From a virus, in UHGV virus genome UHGV-0294315: a stretch of DNA of 19,472 nucleotides. One strand, written 5' to 3'. The notes under the pieces were generated by a model that was not told where the DNA came from, made no database searches, and saw only the letters and a program-made list of their open reading frames with translations. Shown piece by piece: positions 14,618-19,472 of this stretch (positions are counted from its first letter, which is position 1; every line of letters begins with the position of its first letter). Made by a program: the position numbers and the translations under genes.

Positions 14618-14818
14618 ATGCAACACGAACTACAACCTGATTCACTGGTTGATTTGAAATTCATCATGGCTGATACTGGCTTCGGTAAGACCTTCATCTA
14701 TGACCGGATTAAGTCCGGCGACCTGCCAAAAGCCAAAGTTATCCACGGGCGAGCAAGATGGTTATATCGTGACCATTGTGAATTCAAAAATAAGCTCTTA
14801 AGCCGCGCCAATGGGTAA
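14618..14818 (+). CDS. xis: Excisionase / AlpA-family small DNA-binding protein
   Basis: 66 aa, LVDLKFIMADTGFGKTFIYDRIKSGDLPKAKVIHGRARWLYRDHCEFKNKL fits the AlpA/Xis winged-HTH pattern; located immediately upstream of the integrase. Confidence 0.65.
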   Translation: MQHELQPDSLVDLKFIMADTGFGKTFIYDRIKSGDLPKAKVIHGRARWLYRDHCEFKNKLLSRANG

Positions 14819-15090
14819 AATAGCGGGTAAAATATTTTTCACATCTAAAAAACACCATTCCAATCAATCCCCTGCCGCGCCAAGTAGATGTCTGCAGGGG
14901 ACACTTTAAAGACCTTTCTCTACATTTCACTTCATTACATAACCACTTAAAAAAACAGTAAGTTATCACCGAATCGGCCTGATTTTCATTTCAGTTAATT
15001 TCATGACATTACAACCTCGTGATGGTATAAGTGATGGTATTCCCCAGTTCGATATGCAGATACCATCAATCTACCAAAATGAGTACAGAT

Positions 15091-16365
15091 ATGGCCATTA
15101 ATGTGCTTTCCCCCAAACAGATAGAAAACGCCAAGCCGAAGACCAATGATTACAAACTTACCGATGGAGGGAGTTTGTATCTACTGGTACGAAAGACTGG
15201 TGGAAAATACTGGCGTATGAATTATCGTTTTGATGGAAAACAAGTGACATTGGCATTAGGGGTCTACCCAGATGTCTCACTTGCAACAGCGCGGAAACGG
15301 CGTGATGAAGCCAGGCAACTACTAGCCGATGGTCGTGATCCTCGCGAAGCAAAGAAACCCAAAAAGGAAGACCCAATTTCCCCCACGTTCGAGAGTGTTG
15401 CCAGAGAGTGGCATAGTAGAACGATAGGGCATCCTGAGTGGAAAGAGATCACCCGTAAAAAAATTCTCCGAGAAATGGAAAACCACCTCTTTCCTGCCAT
15501 CGGTTCAAAGCCTATCGATACGCTCAAAACCCGTGACTTGATGCCGATGCTGGTTGAGATGACTGAGAAAGGAATTGGTGCCACAACGAGCCGGGTAAAA
15601 ACCACTATGACGAGCATCTTCCGTTATGCCGTGCAACGTGGAATTGTCGATTACAACCCTGCCCACGATCTAAAAGGTGCAATTACGACCCCCAAAGTAC
15701 GACATCGCCCCGCACTACCTCTCGAACGTTTACCTGAACTGTTAGCGAAAACGAGAAGTTACACGGGAAGACCATTGACTCGCCTAGCAGTTCTATTTTC
15801 CCTGCACACTTTTGTGCGATCCAGCGAACTACGACATGCCAGATGGGAGGAGATCGACATTGAAAATGGGCTATGGACGATACCAGGACAACGTGAAGAG
15901 ATCGCAGGGGTTAAATTCTCAGAGCGGGGTGCAAAGATGGGGGCTGCTCATTATGTCCCGCTATCTAGTCAGGCTATCGGGGTACTGGAGGATATAAGGA
16001 AAATCAGTGGTGAATATCTGCTGGTTTTCCCCGGTGACAGCAACCCATATAAACCGATGAGCGAAAACACAGTTAATAAAGCACTGCGAACGATGGGTTA
16101 CGACACTCAAAGTGATGTTTGCTTGCATGGGTTCAGGGCGATGGCCTGCTCTGCACTGACCGAATCAGGACTCTGGTCACGCGATGCAGTTGAACGGCAG
16201 ATGAGTCACCAAGAAAGAAACGAAGTGCGGGCAGCATATGTGCATCTTGCGCAGCACATGCAGGAACGCCGCAGAATGATGCAATGGTGGTCTAATTATC
16301 TGGAACTAAATAAGGACGAATTTCATGCTCCTTATGACTTATCAGGTATTAACATTATCAATTAA
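15091..16365 (+). CDS. int: Tyrosine integrase, P4-type (DUF4102 arm-binding N-terminus plus phage integrase catalytic domain)
   Basis: MAINVLSPKQIENAKPKTNDYKLTDGGSLYLLVRKTGGKYWRMNYRFDGKQVTLALGVYPDVSLATARKRRDEARQLLADGRDP is a typical P4-family integrase N-terminus. Start could also be ATG 15079 or the track's GTG 15031. Confidence 0.85.
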   Translation: MAINVLSPKQIENAKPKTNDYKLTDGGSLYLLVRKTGGKYWRMNYRFDGKQVTLALGVYPDVSLATARKRRDEARQLLADGRDPREAKKPKKEDPISPTFESVAREWHSRTIGHPEWKEITRKKILREMENHLFPAIGSKPIDTLKTRDLMPMLVEMTEKGIGATTSRVKTTMTSIFRYAVQRGIVDYNPAHDLKGAITTPKVRHRPALPLERLPELLAKTRSYTGRPLTRLAVLFSLHTFVRSSELRHARWEEIDIENGLWTIPGQREEIAGVKFSERGAKMGAAHYVPLSSQAIGVLEDIRKISGEYLLVFPGDSNPYKPMSENTVNKALRTMGYDTQSDVCLHGFRAMACSALTESGLWSRDAVERQMSHQERNEVRAAYVHLAQHMQERRRMMQWWSNYLELNKDEFHAPYDLSGINIIN

Positions 16366-16395
16366 ATTTTCTTATAATTTAAAACAGAGGTCATA

Positions 16396-17277
16396 ATGCA
16401 GCATTCAAAAGAGAATGAAACTATATTCTTAGGAAATCTATGGATTGACAAAAAAATACCACCATTAGAATATTGTTCATTTGAACGCGCTTCAAGACTA
16501 TTAGAATGCGAGATTGATGATTTATTACACCTATACGAAATAGGCGCTTTTAATATCGCATTCAAGGCGGATGGACTTGCAGTTAGATTTAATGTTAATT
16601 TCCTCTATAAAAATCAGAAAATGGAAATTGACTTAATTCATCCCGTATTAACTAATCAATCACTAGAGATGGAATTTTCAACAATATGGTATGACCTTAA
16701 AGATGACTCCTTTGAACATTTTGAAAATGGGCTTCAAATTATAGGATTTGCCTGTGGTATTTGGTACGCCGATGATATGATAAGTGACATAAAAAATGGA
16801 TTAGCTATAGATCCAGATTATGAATTCAGGCTTAAACCGGTAAAAATACGAGATAATGTTTTGATGGCAACGGCCTCATATGAAGGAAATAAGGTCATTG
16901 ATATTCCATTTGAAGATCTTCTTATCATGCGAAGAGATTTAGAGTTAATATGGAAATCAGTAAAAACTGGAATTCCTATGCCAAGTTTACTTACGAAAAG
17001 AATTTCATCTGAACCTAAAATCCCCAAGCGATTAAATAACACTGCTGAGCATCATGCAAAAAATAGGGGGGGGTTATTAAATGCAGCCATATATATATTA
17101 GCAAAATACCCAAGCGAATGTCGTGGTGAAAGAAAAGAGATAAGTCCTGAAAAGTGGACTAACGCCATAATTAAACATTTAGGAGAGCTACCTCCAATAT
17201 TTATCACTAATGAACAAGAAATCTTAAGAAAATTACGATTAGCGGTTAATCATGCGGGATTAAAACAAAAGGGGTAG
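16396..17277 (+). CDS. Hypothetical 293-aa protein, AT-rich standalone gene between int and alpA
   Basis: Own consensus -10 TATAAT (16373-16378) and RBS AGAGG; long intact ORF in strongly AT-rich DNA. No domain recognised. Confidence 0.6.
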   Translation: MQHSKENETIFLGNLWIDKKIPPLEYCSFERASRLLECEIDDLLHLYEIGAFNIAFKADGLAVRFNVNFLYKNQKMEIDLIHPVLTNQSLEMEFSTIWYDLKDDSFEHFENGLQIIGFACGIWYADDMISDIKNGLAIDPDYEFRLKPVKIRDNVLMATASYEGNKVIDIPFEDLLIMRRDLELIWKSVKTGIPMPSLLTKRISSEPKIPKRLNNTAEHHAKNRGGLLNAAIYILAKYPSECRGERKEISPEKWTNAIIKHLGELPPIFITNEQEILRKLRLAVNHAGLKQKG

Positions 17278-17379
17278 ACTGAAACAATCTACAGGTAGAG
17301 TTGATTACACTACCTTCACAGCATTTTGATATCCCCATAGTATCTGCCGTGTTCATTACATAACACGGCAGGTAATTTC

Positions 17380-17595
17380 ATGACATTAAAAACTTATCCT
17401 ATCACTGGACATGCCCGCCCACGAGCTACTGCTGACTTTTTGCAAATAAGTACGGTTACTCTCTGGCGCTGGGAAAAGAACAATCCTGAATTTCCCAAAT
17501 CTATACGCATTTCAAAACGGGTATCTGTTTACGATGCACAAGAAATTAGGCAGTGGGTTAAAGCTCAATCAGCAGGATTGGAGGAAGTAGTGTAA
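17380..17595 (+). CDS. alpA: AlpA / HTH_17-family transcriptional regulator (P4 Vis-like)
   Basis: 71 aa, ATADFLQISTVTLWRWEKNNPEFPKSIRISKRVSVYDAQEIRQWVK matches the AlpA/excisionase HTH pattern. Confidence 0.65.
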   Translation: MTLKTYPITGHARPRATADFLQISTVTLWRWEKNNPEFPKSIRISKRVSVYDAQEIRQWVKAQSAGLEEVV

Positions 17596-17644
17596 TGACA
17601 ATATTAACAAAGCTGGGGAGAAAAAAGCCTCCCCAACGTATTAA

Positions 17645-17839
17645 TCAATTCTTTGGTTCTAAACCTCGGCTTTGTAACTCTTTGCGTAGAATGCGCTTGA
17701 TCCAAGCCGCTAGCGATTCATCGCCATCCTGCTGTTGTGCTTGTTCCATCAGTTCACGCAGTTCAGGGTCAAGTCGGAACTGGAATGGCGGATTCCCACG
17801 TCTTTCATTTTTGTGTGTTGACACGTCAATTACACCCAT
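17645..17839 (-). CDS. Ribbon-helix-helix (Arc/CopG/MetJ-like) DNA-binding protein
   Basis: 64 aa; NPPFQFRLDPELRELMEQ resembles an RHH beta-strand/helix-A signature. Its promoter region carries repeated TGTAATG half-sites. Confidence 0.5.
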   Translation of the reverse strand: MGVIDVSTHKNERRGNPPFQFRLDPELRELMEQAQQQDGDESLAAWIKRILRKELQSRGLEPKN

Positions 17840-17873
17840 TGTAATGTATTTATGTGTAATGACACATTACACA
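17826..17873. promoter_or_regulatory. Operator-like array of TGTAATG / CATTACA half-sites at the RHH gene start
   Basis: Perfect palindrome GTGTAATG-ACA-CATTACAC (17854-17872) plus further copies TTGTAATG (17839-17846) and AATTACAC (17829-17836). Confidence 0.45.
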
Positions 17874-17955
17874 CAGAAAAACAAAATAGCAACGCCCCGG
17901 AGTGTTTGCAGCACCACCGAGGCGTCTGACCAGCACGTTATATGAGGTAACGAAG

Positions 17956-18132
17956 ATGGCTAAACAGAAGTGTACCTGGTTATTTGCGGCGATCAACCGC
18001 AGTCAACGTAATGCCCGTCCGGTAATGTTAAGGATCACCGCAGATAACGAGCGATCAGCGCGGCGCAGACTTGCCCCGGACTATGTACTGAGCTTTGCCG
18101 GGCGCATTCCCTGCGGAGGTGAACATGCGTAA
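17956..18132 (+). CDS. Icd-like host cell-division inhibitor (P4-family), 58 aa
   Basis: RBS TGAGGT; MAKQKCTWLFAAINRSQRNARPVMLRITADNERSARRRLAPDYVLSFAGRIPCGGEHA resembles Icd-like proteins of P4-type elements (W-FAA...ER-ARR-LA-DY-L-FAGRIP pattern, from memory). Confidence 0.5.
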   Translation: MAKQKCTWLFAAINRSQRNARPVMLRITADNERSARRRLAPDYVLSFAGRIPCGGEHA

Positions 18133-18484
18133 TTATCCGCATCCCGGCGAACGCTGGCAGCATGAACGTGGCTGGACGGTCACGATTATCCGATTAATAG
18201 AAGCCTCGCCCTCTGTGGCGCTGGTTAATCCTGAATTCAGCTGTGAAGTGCTGATACGTCATGACAGCGACAACCAGCTTTCTTCCTGCCCTCTGGCATG
18301 GTTTGAACAGCGATATACGCGCCTGTTTGATGTACCGCTCTTTAAGCCTGCACCAGCTCCTGCAGGCGGTAGTGGTTCCGGCCCGCTGACACTGCATCCG
18401 TCTGTGCTATTTATCCGCTGGCGGGAGCGTAGCATATGGTGTTCTGCTGAGCCTGATGACGGTCACTATTCAAAGTTTCTCTGA
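18125..18484 (+). CDS. Hypothetical protein (119 aa)
   Basis: Start at internal ATG 18125, overlapping the Icd-like stop. Confidence 0.45.
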   Translation: MRNYPHPGERWQHERGWTVTIIRLIEASPSVALVNPEFSCEVLIRHDSDNQLSSCPLAWFEQRYTRLFDVPLFKPAPAPAGGSGSGPLTLHPSVLFIRWRERSIWCSAEPDDGHYSKFL

Positions 18485-18515
18485 CAAAACACCGCTGAAA
18501 ACGGAGTAATCCACA

Positions 18516-18800
18516 ATGAATATTTCAAACGGGCACAACGGTGCTCAGGGCCAGACTTTGCCTGAAAAACACAATACCGGTGCTTTTGCCTATGGGTTGT
18601 CAGAGGACGGTTTCGGAAAGCTGACCCGCGCAAGAAATGCCTGCGACATGCTCCAGCTTCTCTTTTCTGAATACCCGTCTCAGGCCGGAGCACTGGACGC
18701 AGGCTTTGCGCCTGGTGTCGCCGCGCTGATGGAGTACCTGCGGGCAGATTTGACGGATATTGCACACAGCTGCGCACTGATTGAAGGAGGTGCCAGATGA
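18516..18800 (+). CDS. Hypothetical protein (94 aa)
   Basis: RBS GGAG upstream of ATG; intact ORF. Confidence 0.5.
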   Translation: MNISNGHNGAQGQTLPEKHNTGAFAYGLSEDGFGKLTRARNACDMLQLLFSEYPSQAGALDAGFAPGVAALMEYLRADLTDIAHSCALIEGGAR

Positions 18801-19180
18801 ACCAGCCGCAGGTTTCCATTTTCCCGGCAGAAATGACCACCGCGCTTTACCGGTGGGCTATTGCTTCAGCATGGCGGCAGAAAATGCTGAACGAAACTGG
18901 CAATGATCAGTATGGTCCGCACAGCCTGACGGTGGAGCGTATTGAAATGGCCATTGCGCTGCATATCGAGTGCGCACTGATTAACGAGTACGGCGAAGCA
19001 CAGGGCGCCGCTGCCGCGCTGGCACTGCTGACTGACATGCTGGAGCCGTCACTGCTGACCGCGCCGCCGGTACTGACCGCGCGCGGTTGTGAAGTAATGG
19101 CGGAGATGTACCGCACGCTTCCGGCGGCCTTTGATGTCTGCTGCAGTACCGGTGTGACGTTGTATCAGGGGGAAGTATGA
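18797..19180 (+). CDS. Hypothetical protein (127 aa)
   Basis: ATGA-coupled to the genes on both sides. Confidence 0.5.
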   Translation: MNQPQVSIFPAEMTTALYRWAIASAWRQKMLNETGNDQYGPHSLTVERIEMAIALHIECALINEYGEAQGAAAALALLTDMLEPSLLTAPPVLTARGCEVMAEMYRTLPAAFDVCCSTGVTLYQGEV

Positions 19181-19472
19181 CAATACAGACGGTTACGCAG
19201 ATTTCAGCCGCCGCGCGGGGGAAATGGCCCGTTATTCTGCAGATGCTGCGTATTGATGTACCTGAAAACGGCAGGCACGGTCCCTGCCCGAAATGTGGGG
19301 GCAAGGATCGTTTTCGCCTTGATGACCTTGACGGGCGCGGGACGTGGATCTGCAGCCAGTGTGGCAATGGTGACGGTCTGGATCTGGTTAAGCTCGTAAC
19401 CGGTTACAGCGTCAGAAAGGCTGCGCAGGAGGTGGCGCAGATGCTTAATGTGCCGGATGTGCAGGAACTGCC
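19177..19472 (+). CDS. P4 alpha-type primase, N-terminal zinc-binding domain (gene runs off the right edge)
   Basis: Open to the window end; GPCPKCGGKDRFRLDDLDGRGTWICSQCGNGDGLDLV is the primase zinc-ribbon pattern CPxCGG...CxxCG. Confidence 0.6.
   Translation, partial: MTIQTVTQISAAARGKWPVILQMLRIDVPENGRHGPCPKCGGKDRFRLDDLDGRGTWICSQCGNGDGLDLVKLVTGYSVRKAAQEVAQMLNVPDVQEL

Noticed and set aside
15003-15098. 32-aa ORF starting MTLQPRDG that overlaps the integrase start
   Set aside because: It begins inside the 16-bp motif shared with the alpA start and looks like a relic of that sequence rather than a gene.
17595-17945. Plus-strand 116-aa ORF between alpA and the Icd-like gene
   Set aside because: It is antisense to the RHH gene, Ser/Cys-rich, and spans the operator region; the minus-strand RHH gene is the better call.
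18907-19367. Minus-strand ORFs 18907-19116 and 18981-19367 (Ser/Arg/Pro-rich)
   Set aside because: They are antisense to the coupled plus-strand satellite genes and the primase start in GC-rich DNA, where long spurious antisense frames are expected.

Overview
This window reads as the early/regulatory half of a lambdoid prophage (a lambda/P22-type mosaic) followed on the right by a P4/CP4-like satellite module. All calls are made by eye from the sequence and from remembered protein families; no search, HMM or GC computation was run. The immunity region sits at 5.1-6.7 kb: cro and cII on the minus strand, cI on the plus strand, with OR and OL operator clusters of the form AATAC-N5-GTATT and paired nutR/nutL sites. 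The pR operon runs leftward on the minus strand: cro, nutR, cII, an oop-like antisense RNA, an O-like initiator carrying internal iterons, a DnaB-type helicase, a tR2-like terminator, then ninB, an HNH homing-endonuclease-like gene, ninE, ninF, a ybcO-like gene and the start of rusA. The pL operon runs rightward on the plus strand: N-like antiterminator, several small accessory genes, a coiled-coil protein, cIII, kil, a Rad52-like annealing protein, ssb, a chain of overlapping small genes, a second HNH gene, an AlpA-type excisionase and a P4-type tyrosine integrase. Right of the integrase lie an AT-rich standalone 293-aa gene, then alpA, a divergent ribbon-helix-helix gene, an Icd-like gene and the start of a P4 alpha-type primase. 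The best candidates for undescribed accessory or defence functions are the AT-rich 293-aa gene between int and alpA, the membrane protein co-transcribed with cI in the rex position, and the small genes between N and cIII.
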